Shown here piece after piece: positions 48,401 to 60,136 of a stretch of 64,000 bases of DNA (positions are counted from its first letter, which is position 1; each line of letters opens with the position of its first letter). Position numbers and translations under genes: made by a program. The notes beneath the pieces are model-generated. The model did not search any database. It saw nothing but the letters and a program-made list of their open reading frames with translations, and was not told the origin of the DNA. This stretch comes from Bilabrum cf. latius (Eukaryota): the NCBI GenBank assembly GCA_965178125.1, contig OZ237747.1, forward strand, positions 62,001 to 126,000, given 5' to 3'.

Positions 48401-51400
48401 GCAGGGGACCAACAACGTGGACGTCGGCAACGTGTCGGTGCTGGCGCAGCACACGGACCTCGCGGGCTCGCCCGAGTCCAGGACCACGCACGTGTGCACG
48501 GCGGCGCAGCTGGTGGCAGCGCTTGGGGCCACGTGCTCGCCCGGCTCCTACAGGCCGAGCAGCCCAGCAGCGGGGTCCCCTGCCGGCCAGTGCCAGGCGT
48601 GCCCGCAGGGGCTGTGGTGCGCTGGTGGGGCCACGCAGCCGGTCCCTTGCCCCGCGGGGCACTACCTCCCCTCTCCTGGCGGGGCCTCGTACCGGCAGTG
48701 CATGCCGTGTCCGGCGGGGTTCTTCGCCTCGAGCGAGGGCACGTCAGCGTGCGAGGCGTGCCCCGAGCCCACGAGCGAGGTGCAGTCCAGCTGCCCCGTG
48801 GGCTCGGTGCGGCCGGCCAGCTACCTGGTTGCCTCTGGGCTCCCCCCGGTGGGCTCGCACGAGAACAGGTTCGAGCTGCTGGAAAACGGGACGGGGCTGC
48901 GGAGCATCCTGACCTCGCAGCAGCCCGTGCTGGTGGACGATGATCCTTCCGTCGAGGTGGCGCTGCTGGCGGTGAGCTTCGTGTGGGTGGTGTTTGCCCT
49001 CCTGGCCCTGGTCGTGGCCCTCCTCGCTCTGCTGCGGGACTCGTACTCGGACGAGCAGTGCGGGCTCCCGTGGCGCACCCTCATGCAGCTCGATCTCTTC
49101 GTGGCCTTCCACGACGAGGCCACGCTGCCCACGCTGCTCCAGTCCACCAACGCCTCTTAGCAGCTGCGGCCCGTCCTGCAGCGGCAGACGGCCATGGGGG
49201 GCGCCTGCGTGTGCGTGTTCGTGCTGTTCGCGCTGTCCGTGTGCCTGACCACCCTCTTCTTCTTCGTGTTCGATGCCAAGGTGGCGGGGGAGCAGCTGGT
49301 GCCCGCGCACGTGTTTGACCCGGAGGAGCTGGTGGACGCCGTCACCGGGGCAGATGTCGGCGAGACGGAGCTGGCTCAGGAGGGCCTTTCGCACGATTTC
49401 TTGCACGGGGGCGGGCTGAAGGACAGCCGGGTCACAGGGACCATCCAGCTGACCGTGGCGCTGGACGGGTACTCGGGCGACTGCACCGCCTAGACGGCAT
49501 CGTAGTCCTCGAGGCGACTCGCAGGCAATGGCGGGAGAGCGGGAGAAGCAGGTGAGGTGGTGGTGGAGCCCTCGGGGGATGCCGCTGCGCAGGGATGGGT
49601 CGTGAACCACGGCGGACTGGCGGACCTGGTGCGGGCCCATGCGGGGGAAAGGTTGCGGGTCTCGGGGCCAGGGCTGGCATGGCCCTGGGAGGAGGCACAC
49701 GGTGCCATGGGTAAGGCCAGCAGGAGGGGGGTGGTGGGAGCAGCTGATCCGGATGGACTTGGTCTCGGATTCGGGGGCGCTGGTCTGCTGCTGAACTCGA
49801 GCCAGGCGGCGGTGCGAGGCCCGCATCGCGGGGACAGGCACCCGGATGCCGTGCGCACGCACCACGTGCCCGCAGGCCCAGGCCCCGTGGACCCTGCCTC
49901 GGCAGCGTGGACCGCTCTCACCCGGCTGGCGTCCCCTCGCCTCTGGTGCGCGTGGGGCTCGCGGGCCTGGCGGTGGGCTGCCTGGGCCGGTCGATCGATA
50001 GCCTCGAGGTTCCGCGGTGAGGGCAGCGGGGGCCCCTCTCGGCAGCAGCTGGCAGAGAGGAAGGGCAGGGCGCTGCGAGAACGCATGGCAGCGATGGGCC
50101 ACCGCGGGAGTGCAGCGGGGCAGTCGAGCCCTGTGAAGCGGCGAATGGCCCGCGGGCTGGGGAGCCGCAGGGCGCAGTCGACCGGCTCGCAGGACGGTGG
50201 GATCCTGCCGGTGACCGCCTCGTGCGCGCCCGGGATCAGCGCCAACCTGACGGGCCTGCTGGCCTTCGGGTCGCTGACGGAGAACATGACCATGACCTGC
50301 GCGCGGGTGGGCAGCAGGGTGTGCCTGGCATCGATCACCTGCGAGAGCTGCGAGGTCTCCACGTCCACCGCGACCTTCGATCTGCAGATGGCCGAGCCCT
50401 CGGGCTCCTCTGCCCTCCGGCTGTACGTAGAGCTGGTGGCGGACTCGGCCCTGCCCGCCGACTCAAAGGATGAGGTGACCAAGTCTGTCACCTCCCTCCT
50501 GCTGCTTCCCTCCCAGGCGGACTCGGTATTCCGCGGAGTCGCGCCCACTGACGTGGAGGTGCAGCTGACCCGTGCCTTCTACCAGGACACTCGTGACTCG
50601 GTGGCGCTCGGGCTGCAGGACGCCGTGGCCAGCCGCACGGGTCACCACCTCGAGATCAGCCAGCTGAGCCGAGGGTCGCAGGTGTCCTTCTCGGAGGTGC
50701 AGGAGCAGAGCGGGGTAGGCATCGAGGTCAGGCTAGTGCGGCTCGAGTCCGCGCTGCAGTCGAGGCTCACCGACACGCAGAGCATCGTGACACTGGCCCT
50801 GTCCGTGCTGGGCGCGCTGGGCACTGCTTTCACCGTGTTCGGGGTGATGCTGCGCCAGCTGGAGGCGTTTGTGTTCGGGACGTACGGAGACCCCGGGTCC
50901 GGCATCTGCTGCTGTATCCGGTGCTGCTGCCCCAGCTTGTGGGGGGAGGCATGCCGCCGGTGCCAGGACTGCGCCCGGCTGGACAGGGAACAGGAGGCGA
51001 GGGATTCGTACCTGCGGCAGTTCGTGTCCATCGCGCTCAAGCTGGACGGGTCCGTGGACACGGAGGCAGTGGTACAGGCGGAGAAGCGGCGCATGCACGA
51101 GCAGATCCGGGAGGAAGTGCTGCGGCAGGTGAGGCGGGACAGCGGGAATGTGGGTGGGGGCGGAAAAGGGACGGGGGGGAAGAGCCGAGGAGCGAGGGGG
51201 GACGCGAGGATCGCGGCGTCTCCTGATGGCGTACAGCCCGTCGTGGGGGCGGGCCCGTGGGTGCCCCGGGGCACTGGCACTGGCACTGGCAACGGGCGAG
51301 CACTCGCCACTAGAGCAGGCGCTTCGGCGGAGAGCAAGGCCAGCTTCGCGACTCGGGGAAACGTGGCGCGCCCGAATCGCAGACAGGGTGGCGGAGCTTC

Positions 51401-51554
51401 TGCGCGAGCCAATCTGGTAGATAGCACTTCTGGCAATGATGGGTACGCCAATGGGCGCTCACGTCGTGCCCTCAGCGGTGGCAGTGCCCGGAGCGGCAGT
51501 TCCGGTTCCGGAGCAGATGAGGGGTACGCGGGGTCAGGACGGGAAGAGTGGTAA
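45438..51554 (+). CDS. Kelch-repeat, Cys-rich (ephrin-receptor-like) multi-TM surface protein (~2040 aa)
   Basis: Signal peptide; kelch motifs (LFIWGG, LYLMGG, VYAFGG, LWVFGG); CPAGHY/CPAGFF repeats; three predicted TM segments. Three ORF fragments joined by TAGs at 49158, 49491 and 49503. Ends at TAA. Confidence 0.75.
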
Positions 51555-51686
51555 ACAATCTTAAGTGTTCTACGCACGAACGCAGCTGTCTCGTTTCACG
51601 TAACTTGCTGGCAGCCCTGTGCCGAATTCAGGCAGATCACTTCCAGTCGCTCTCACGGTGCACCTGGGCCAATCTGCCCGCACGAA

Positions 51687-52664
51687 ATGGCTGCCGTATC
51701 AGCGAGCAAGCCGGTTGGTGCGAGCCGTGGAGCACATTTTACAACAATTGTTAGAGACTCTTTGGCAGGCAAAGGGTCTGGTGCTGCCCTTCATGCCGAT
51801 TCGTTGAAGGCGTGGGACGAGCAGTGGCCCAAGGTCCCGGACGTAGCGCACACATCCAAAGAATTTGATGTAAACTTGGTGTACGGAGAACTGAAGAACA
51901 TTCAGTCGTGCATTAGTGTCGCGCGTGATGCTGCTTCGATGCTCCAGCGCAAGGATTGTGATGCACCTCTCGTGTTTGTCGATTTGGGGGCTGGGCTAGG
52001 CAAACCGGTCGTAGGGGCGGCATTGTCTGGCGCCTTTAGTAGAAGTATTGGCATTGAAATTCGCCCCGACTTGGTCGAGCTGGCCTAGACCCTGTGGAGC
52101 AAGCTAGATTCCTCAGAGGCAGTGGCTATTAGTGACGAAAAGACCGACACCACGTACTAGTAGGCATCTGCGCGGGCTTTTCTAGTACAAGGCTCAATTC
52201 TCGACAAAACAGTTGCCTTGAATCATAGCGAATGCGAGACAACCTCCGCGAAAGTCGCGTCTGGAACCCCAGACATCGACGGCTCCACCGGCAGCAGCTA
52301 TGGCAGCCTGAGGGCAACTGGTGGCGCAAGTACTAGTAGTACCCATGCGGCGACTGCAGCCACATATGAAGACCGCCCGGGAACTGAAGGCTCCTGTCTC
52401 TTTGATTGGACAAAGGAGGCCGACGTCGCCTTCTGCCACTCCACCGCATTCGACCTGGCGCTCATGCGCAAGCTAGAGCGCCGAGCCGAAGACCTACGAT
52501 TCGGAAGGGTCCTCGTCACGGTTACACACAAGCTTAGCTCCCCACTGCTCGAGCACGTCTGCAGTCGCAAGATAGACATGACCCATGGCGAGGGCACCCT
52601 GCACTTCTACAGGCGTAGGCGGATGGGCAAGTGGGTGGCGGGCGTGCTGGGGCGGCCGCGGTGA
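51687..52664 (+). CDS. DOT1-like class I SAM-dependent methyltransferase
   Basis: LVYGEL, FVDLGAGLGKPV, SIGIEI and ADVAFCHSTAFD. In-frame TAG at 52086 and TAG-TAG at 52158-52163. Ends at TGA. Confidence 0.75.
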
Positions 52665-52738
52665 CGTCACAGTGGCCAGCGAGGCAGGGTGGCAGCGTGC
52701 AAACGCGTCGCAATGCAGCACAGTGCAATGCACCCGCA

Positions 52739-54316
52739 TCACTAGGAGTACCTCACGACGGCCACCTCCCCTGGCGCCAGCGACACGGATTGCACCGCCT
52801 CGCCCCACGCCACCTCGGTCCAGCTCCGGGGAACAGTGCCCGCGTTGCTGACCGCACCCCCTTGGCCCGCGGGCAGCGCGAGCTCCTAGCCGGCCTGCTG
52901 CAGCGGCACCTGGACGGGTGAGTCCGACGACCCGCTGGCACCGGAGGAACCGGCAGCAGCAGCGGCAGCGGCAGGGGTCTTGGAAGGTGACCCGGCAGCA
53001 ACATCGGCAGGCGTCTTGGAAGGTGACCCGGCCCGCAGCAGCACGACCCCCGCCTGGTACCTGCGCGCGTACACGCCGGCTTGACCCAGGGCCCCCGGCA
53101 GCAGGTATCCGTTGAGAGTACCCTCCGCGTTTGTGAAGCTGCCGAGGAAGGGTACCGACGCGTTGTAGGCCGGGAGCATGCTGCTGCCCGCTGCCGCCGC
53201 CACGCTCGTGCGATCCAGCGCGAACTCTGGGAACCACGTGCAGCCCGCCCCGTAGCTGAGGTATGTGTGGTTGCCGCGCACCAGCAGGAACACGGCGAGG
53301 GTGTACAGCCTGTGCGCCGCCCCCGCAGCGGGCGCCTCCCCGTCGTACATCATCACGACCTTGCCAGCGGTCGCGAGGGGAACCACACGGGCCAGCTGCA
53401 GGGCCAGCCCGCCGGTCCATCCGAACGAGTCGAGCGTGTGGCGGCAGCAGCCCTCGACCAGGACGCCATCTGCGACCGAGTAGTCCGTCTTGGAGCGGCT
53501 GGTGACCCACGCCCCCACGTTGGGGACGAGGGGGTAGTACACCGCCCCCCTTGGCCGCGGGAGGGCCTGTTCGAACTCGGCACGCGTGCGCCGCAGGTGC
53601 GCTTCTATGGCCTGCGACCAGTGCGCTTCGAATGTTTCGTTCACTTCAGGGAGGGGCGGCATCGGATGGAAGCCCAGGTAGGAAGGCACCGAGGTGCTAT
53701 CGGCGAAAAGGCCGTCATTCTCGTTCGAGAGGATCTGAGCGGCCACACGGCGCGCCCACCACTCCGTGTACTTTGGGTTTGCAACATCCATCAGCATCCA
53801 CCCCCACGTGCACATTGTCACGTTCGACACGCCTCCGGGAGATCCCGGGGCCGAGGCGAGGCAGCTCGCCGGACTGCACGCGCTCTGCAGCCCCCCTGCG
53901 GTTGCTAGTGGCCATTCGTCTCGCCAAGTCCCATTGGAAACGATCTCAATCCAATTGCCAGAGAAGTTGCAGCCATCTCGAGTCGACTAGTACCCTATAC
54001 CGATCCCTAATCGGTAGTGAAGAACTAAGAAGTTCTTGTTCTGCTTCCTTAGGGCTCGCGCCACGTCTGACGTGACTTTCTGCGTGCCCAGATACGGAGC
54101 TGATGTAATGAATTCTGCGATTTCTGCATTACCGGGGTGGCATACCTAGTCCGGGAACACCGGTACGCCAGCCTCTACAGTCGGCCAGCGGCGGGCGGCA
54201 GTCACACTTTCTGCCTCATTTTCGAAAGGTTCAACGCCTTTCTCTGCTGATGAAGCAAGCAAATGTGCAGAAATTAAGCGTATGAACATAAAGAATGCCC
54301 CAAAAGTGGCATGCAT
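52739..54316 (-). CDS. Secreted putative glycoside hydrolase (GHL15-like TIM barrel)
   Basis: Hydrophobic N-terminus, VFPD*V, YLGTQK, NFLVLHYRLGIG, WGWMLMDVANPKY, NENDGLFADS, DYSVADGVLVEG, VYARRY and VSLAPGE. Ends ...RYS-TAG-TGA. Family assigned from recalled motif similarity only. Confidence 0.6.
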
Positions 54317-54421
54317 CCGATTCTCCGAACACAATATATCAAGTTCATCAAGTTGCAGTTGATCAGCGGAACCGCCGCCCGATCTTTTTTGCTGATGACC
54401 ACATTATCTAAGAGTCGGCCC

Positions 54422-55189
54422 ATGCGAGCAATCGGTATTTTCGCATTGAGTATGTCTTTAGTGCATGCCGTTGATTGCGGTGATCCCCCGGTGGCGCCTA
54501 ACGCGACACAAGGCCCCGCGATCTTGCTGGTCGGCGATTCAATCTCGATGGGCTGCTGCTGGGACCATGTAGCTGGCGAACCGATTGGATATGGCTTTTA
54601 TGTCCGTGATATGCTATCAAACTTTTCGCTAGGTGCGGTCCAACATTGTGGGGGCTGGGGGCTGGGAGGCCAGGCGGGTCCTACCCCTGTGCAGCTTCAG
54701 TGCGCAAAGCAGTGGGTAGGGTCTTATAAGTGGGATGTTATCACGTACAACAGCGGCCTACACGACCTAGCGAATGATTCTGAGCACGTGCCTTTGGACT
54801 AGTATGCTAAGAACGTGGTCTCTGTCGCGAAGACGTTTCTTCAAAGCACCAAGCGCCTCGTGTGGGTGAGCACGACGCCAGTGCCGGATGTGGACGTTTC
54901 CCCGTCTCGCAAGCCATAGGATGTCATTGCGTACAACTAGGCAGCGTATGATGCACTGGATGCGGCCATTGGGTTCGGAGCGAAGGGCGAGGGCCGCCTC
55001 CAGTACATCGACCTCTGGCAGGCCGTGATCAACAGGTGCGGGGGCTCGCCCCACTACACCGCCTGCGACATCTAGAGGCCCAAGAACGTGCACTACCTGG
55101 AGCCAGGACGCCAGTACACGGGCATCACGATGGCACAGGGCATTATTCAGGCCATCGGCACCGTGAATGCCACAGTGCCATCCCATTGA
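54422..55189 (+). CDS. Secreted SGNH/GDSL hydrolase
   Basis: ILLVGDSISMG (block I), WDVITYNSGLHDL (block III), LVWVSTTPVP and CDI*RPKNVHY (block V). In-frame TAGs at 54800, 54917, 54938 and 55073. Ends at TGA. Confidence 0.85.
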
Positions 55190-55393
55190 GCTGGCCGAAA
55201 CCAGCTCACTGGCCGCCATGTCGCGCATAGCGGGCGCCTTGCCCTGCCAGGACTGCAGGTGCAGGCTTGGGAGCCAAGGGCGCGTCATGTTTGGGCCCAG
55301 CTGAGGCAGCACTGGACTGGACTCTGCATGCTTGCGTGGATCCCATGGATGTGGTATATGCATCCTTCTCGTTGCAACACCTACATTATATTG

Positions 55394-58300
55394 TCACACG
55401 TCATGCTCTAGAGCATGCCTGAACAAGTCAGCTGCTTCCCTCCCGCGAGCGACTGACACTCGGTCGACCTCAGCCAGCCCCTGCCCATCGCCCACCCCCG
55501 CTGCACGCGCTCTCAGCTCCGATCGACTGCCCCCATCGCCCACTCCCGCTGCACGCGCTCTCAGCTCCGATCGACTGCCCCCGACCTCCAGCACCGACAC
55601 GTGCCTCCACGCGTCCATGAGGCCTAACAGCCCCCTGCCCGCTGCATCCCTCTCCCCGCCTCCCTGTGCCGAGGCGACGGGGCTGGCGGCTGCCTGGCTC
55701 GCCGCCATGATGGGAGAGCCCCTGTCCCCGAGCTGGTGCAGGGTGGAGCTCTCCACCAGCGGATCGATAGAGGGCACGTCTCCCACCCCGGTGCGAAGGC
55801 CCTCCGCGCGAGCAGACAACACCCTCGCCAGGATATGTGGCTCCGGGTCCTCCACCCAGCTCCTTGCAGCCTCAAACACGCGAGCCCAGAGACTAGTCGA
55901 CCACCGAACAGGTTCTCCGCCTGCTGTTCCAGTGGCACCAGCCCCTTCGCCAGCACAAGAGCCAGTGGCCCGCCTGCACTTGAATGCAATGCACTTGAAT
56001 GCAACCGCAGCTCCGTGCTGCATGCCTGGCGCGACTCTCCGTCTCTCCACCTCCCCGGGCTGCTTCCAGAGGATAGCACCCTGCCCCTTTCTGTCCAGTG
56101 ATGCGTATGGAGACTGCAGCCTCGTCTCCCGTGCGATGGACACAGCGCGCTGCTGCAGCTCCTCGACGTGCTTCTCCTCGCCCGGATGCCCGAAGCGGTG
56201 CTCCCCCCCCAACATGCGAGCTATGCTGCGCAGTGCCCGCCCTCTGATGGCGGACTGTGCTCCATTTGTCCCATTTTCCTAGTGACTCTTCCTCTATCGG
56301 TTCAGCGGAGACTGCTCCACTCCACTCATTCCCATCACAAACACAGGGAGCGGCATCCATCGGAGGCCCCCGCCCCCGCACGGATGCAGGCATCGGCGGG
56401 CCGCACCGCACCCAGCCGCGCCTCCAGCTCTCCCATCGGTACTGCCTCCGCCGTATTCATCGAAGCTGCGAGCCCTGGCCAGCTGGTCTCTAGCTAGTTG
56501 CATGTCCAGTTCACCCTAGGCCTCTTGACCTCCCCTGTGCACCCCCTCTTGGCCTCCCCTGTGCACCCCCTCTTGGCCTCCCCTGTGCACCCCCTCTTGG
56601 CCTCCCCTGTGCACCCCCTCTTGGCCTCCCCTGTGCACCCCCTCTTGGCCTCCCCTGTGCACCCCCTCTTGGCCTCCCCTGTGCACCCCCTCTTGGCCTC
56701 CCCTGTGCACCCCCTCTTGGCCTCCCCTGTGCACCCCCTCTTGGCCTCCCCTGTGCACCCCCTCTTGGCCTCCCCTGTGCACCCCCTCTTGGCCTCCCCT
56801 GTGCACCCCCTCTTGGCCTCCCCTGTGCACCCCCTCTTGGCCTCCCCTGTGCACCCCCTCTTGGCCTCCCCTGTGCACCCCCTCTTGGCCTCCCCTGTGC
56901 ACCCCCTCTTGGCCTCCCCTGTGCACCCCCTCTTGGCCTCCCCTGTGCACCCCCTCTTGGCCTCCCCTGTGCACCCCCTCTTGGCCTCCCCTGTGCACCC
57001 CCTCTTGGCCTCCCCTGTGCACCCCCTCTTGGCCTCCCCTGTGCACCCCCTCTTGGCCTCCCCTGTGCACCCCCTCTTGACCTCCCCTGTGCACCCCCTC
57101 TTGGCCTCCCCTGTGCACCCCCTCTTGGCCTCCCCTGTGCACCCCCTCTTGGCCTCCCCTGTGCACCCCCTCTTGGCCTCCCCTGTGCACCCCCTCTTGG
57201 CCTCCCCTGTGCACCCCCTCTTGGCCTCCCCTGTGCACCCCCTCTTGGCCTCCCCTGTGCACCCCCTCTTGGCCTCCCCTGTGCACCCCCTCTTGGCCTC
57301 CCCTGTGCACCCCCTCTTGGCCTCCCCTGTGCACCCCCTCTTGGCCTCCCCTGTGCACCCCCTCTTGGCCTCCCCTGTGCACCCCCTCTTGACCTCCCCT
57401 GTGCACCCCCTCTTGGCCTCCCCTGTGCACCCCCTCTTGGCCTCCCCTGTGCACCCCCTCTTGGCCTCCCCTGTGCACCCCCTCTTGGCCTCCCCTGTGC
57501 ACCCCCTCTTGGCCTCCCCTGTGCACCCCCTCTTGGCCTCCCCTGTGCACCCCCTCTTGGCCTCCCCTGTGCACCCCCTCTTGGCCTCCCCTGTGCACCC
57601 CCTCTTGGCCTCCCCTGTGCACCCCCTCTTGGCCTCCCCTGTGCACCCCCTCTTGGCCTCCCCTGTGCACCCCCTCTTGGCCTCCCCTGTGCACCCCCTC
57701 TTGGCCTCCCCTGTGCACCCCCTCTTGGCCTCCCCTGTGCACCCCCTCTTGGCCTCCCCTGTGCACCCCCTCTTGGCCTCCCCTGTGCACCCCCTCTTGG
57801 CCTCCCCTGTGCACCCCCTCTTGGCCTCCCCTGTGCACCCCCTCTTGGCCTCCCCTGTGCACCCCCTCTTGACCTCCCCTGTGCACCCCCTCTTGGCCTC
57901 CCCTGTGCACCCCCTCTTGGCCTCCCCTGTGCACCCCCTCTTGGCCTCCCCTGTGCACCCCCTCTTGGCCTCCCCTGTGCACCCCCTCTTGGCCTCCCCT
58001 GTGCACCCCCTCTTGGCCTCCCCTGTGCACCCCCTCTTGGCCTCCCCTGTGCACCCCCTCTTGGCCTCCCCTGTGCACCCCCTCTTGGCCTCCCCTGTGC
58101 ACCCCCTCTTGGCCTCCCCTGTGCACCCCCTCTTGGCCTCCCCTGTGCACCCCCTCTTGGCCTCCCCTGTGCACCCCCTCTTGGCCTCCCCTGTGCACCC
58201 CCTCTTGGCCTCCCCTGTGCACCCCCTCTTGGCCTCCCCTGTGCACCCCCTCTTGGCCTCCCCTGTGCACCCCCTCTTGGCCTCCCCTGTGCACCCCCTC

Positions 58301-60004
58301 TTGGCCTCCCCTGTGCACCCCCTCTTGGCCTCCCCTGTGCACCCCCTCTTGGCCTCCCCTGTGCACCCCCTCTTGGCCTCCCCTGTGCACCCCCTCTTGG
58401 CCTCCCCTGTGCACCCCCTCTTGGCCTCCCCTGTGCACCCCCTCTTGGCCTCCCCTGTGCACCCCCTCTTGGCCTCCCCTGTGCACCCCCTCTTGGCCTC
58501 CCCTGTGCACCCCCTCTTGGCCTCCCCTGTGCACCCCCTAGTGCAGCCCCTCGTGCAGCCAGGCCTTCTCTATAGCCTCCTGCAGCGCACTGCCGTGCAC
58601 CCCACCAGCAGTCGATGACGATGCTCCGGAGGCGCCACCACATGATCGCCGGCCAGCTGCCTCCAGCATCGCTGTTCCCCGCACCGGCAGGCCCAGCTCG
58701 TCCACCTCCAGCCCAGCACGCAGCAACCGCTCCTCCCGCTCCTCGACGGCCGCTGCATCCACGCCCAGTGCATCGAGTGGCTCCTCCTCCTCCTCCCGCT
58801 CCTCGACGGCCGCTGCATCCACGCCCAGTGCATCGAGTGGCTCATCCTCCTCCTCCCGCTCCTCGACGGCCGCTGCATCCACGCCCAGTGCATCGAGTGG
58901 CTCATCCTCCTCCTCGTCCTCCCCCCACTCACCCCCTTGCCTCCTTCCAACAGCGGCCCACTCCAGCCCGAAGGAACCATCGCCCGGCAAGGGCATGCCA
59001 GTGCCCCTCACCCCCGTGGCTAGCCGCCCCAGGACTTCTTCGGCGCCGGGCACGAAGGGGCGAAGGGTGGGATACGCCGCGAGGAGCTCTGTGCGCACCG
59101 CAGTGGGATGCACGTGCGGTACGAAATGACTGCCTTGCCCATCTTTGAAGGGTAGCGGCATGCCTGGATCCAGCGGGCACCAGGCCAAGTAGCCGGGGGC
59201 CGGGCCTCCCGCGCCCGTTCCCTTCAAGTTGCGAGGGCGCGCCTCTTGTGGCCCTGTTCCTGCGGGTGTCCCAGCGGCTTCGATTCGGGATGATACTGCG
59301 CGTAGCCACTGGAAGGTCTTTGCCCTCGTGGTCGTGTCCCGGTCTGGGCTAGTGCCAGTGCCAGTGGTGCCACTCCCAACGGGCGGGCCTCTACTGCTGG
59401 CACTGTTGCCTCCATCACATTGCCGGTCGCACGGTGTTGCGATGCTGTCTACGTCGAGAGCAGCAACGATACGGAAGTCGACCAAGGGCCAACCTACTGC
59501 CTAGGCAAGGGGAGGGCCTAGAGAAAGGGCTTGGTTCCAAGTCTCGCGGCTGTACGCGTGCAGTACTACTTGCTGCACCGGCCTGGTGCGGGCCAACATA
59601 GACCTCTCAATGTGACGCTTTGCATAGAACACGTTGTTGGCATCAGACCAATACCTAGGCAGTGTCATGACAAGCTGACTTATTTTGTTGGTGCTGTTGA
59701 GCACTCCCGTCCGGGCTGCGACCACCACTGGCTACGTACTCCGATTATCACAACCACGCAGAGCGCCATCTCCGTCGGGAAGAGGGATATCTATGAGATC
59801 AACTAGGCAATTCAAATCGTTGTGATCAATTAAGTGTGCGTGCAGAACAGGAGCACGTGCTTGTGCGTCTGAGAGCCAAGCCAAAGTGCTGTGCTGCTAG
59901 CCGGGAAGCAGCCCATTCTCAGCTCTGCCGTGTAAAGCTGACCATAAAACAGATTTATCATGAACTCTGGCACATGCTACTGCCAGCAGAGCCAGCAAAA
60001 GCAT
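55394..60004 (-). CDS. Putative secreted protein (~1536 aa) with ~84 tandem GVHRGGQE octapeptides
   Basis: Signal peptide MLLLALLAVACA at ATG 60004. Fragments 59501..59728, 58538..59485, 56516..58534, 56294..56503 and 55394..56215 share one frame joined by TAG. Ends at TGA. Confidence 0.6.
56521..58537. repeat. 24-bp minisatellite x ~84 (cctcttggcctcccctgtgcaccc)
   Basis: Perfect tandem array with four G>A variant units (near 56528, 57080, 57392 and 57872). Confidence 0.97.
58731..58915. repeat. 60-bp tandem repeat x3 (EE(E/D)EPLDALGVDAAAVEERE on the minus strand)
   Basis: Lines 58741, 58801 and 58861 are nearly identical. Confidence 0.9.
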
Positions 60005-60136
60005 GCACGAGTGATGAGTTGCACCTGATGTTCCGCAAAAATGGCGGCGGCCCAAGTACGACACATCTTGAGTGTAAACGAGAGCCTCACGGGCGATGGA
60101 GGCGGGATTTGAAATAGTACGAAAGAAACGGTTGAC

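Noticed and set aside
56521-58537. CRISPR array or telomeric repeat
   Set aside because: The 24-bp units are contiguous with no unique spacers and no cas genes. The array is internal and in frame with a coding region.
59800-59850. LIDHNDL as a DHH-family phosphoesterase motif in the repeat-containing protein
   Set aside because: Only one short motif matches; I could not identify the other DHH/Prune motifs.
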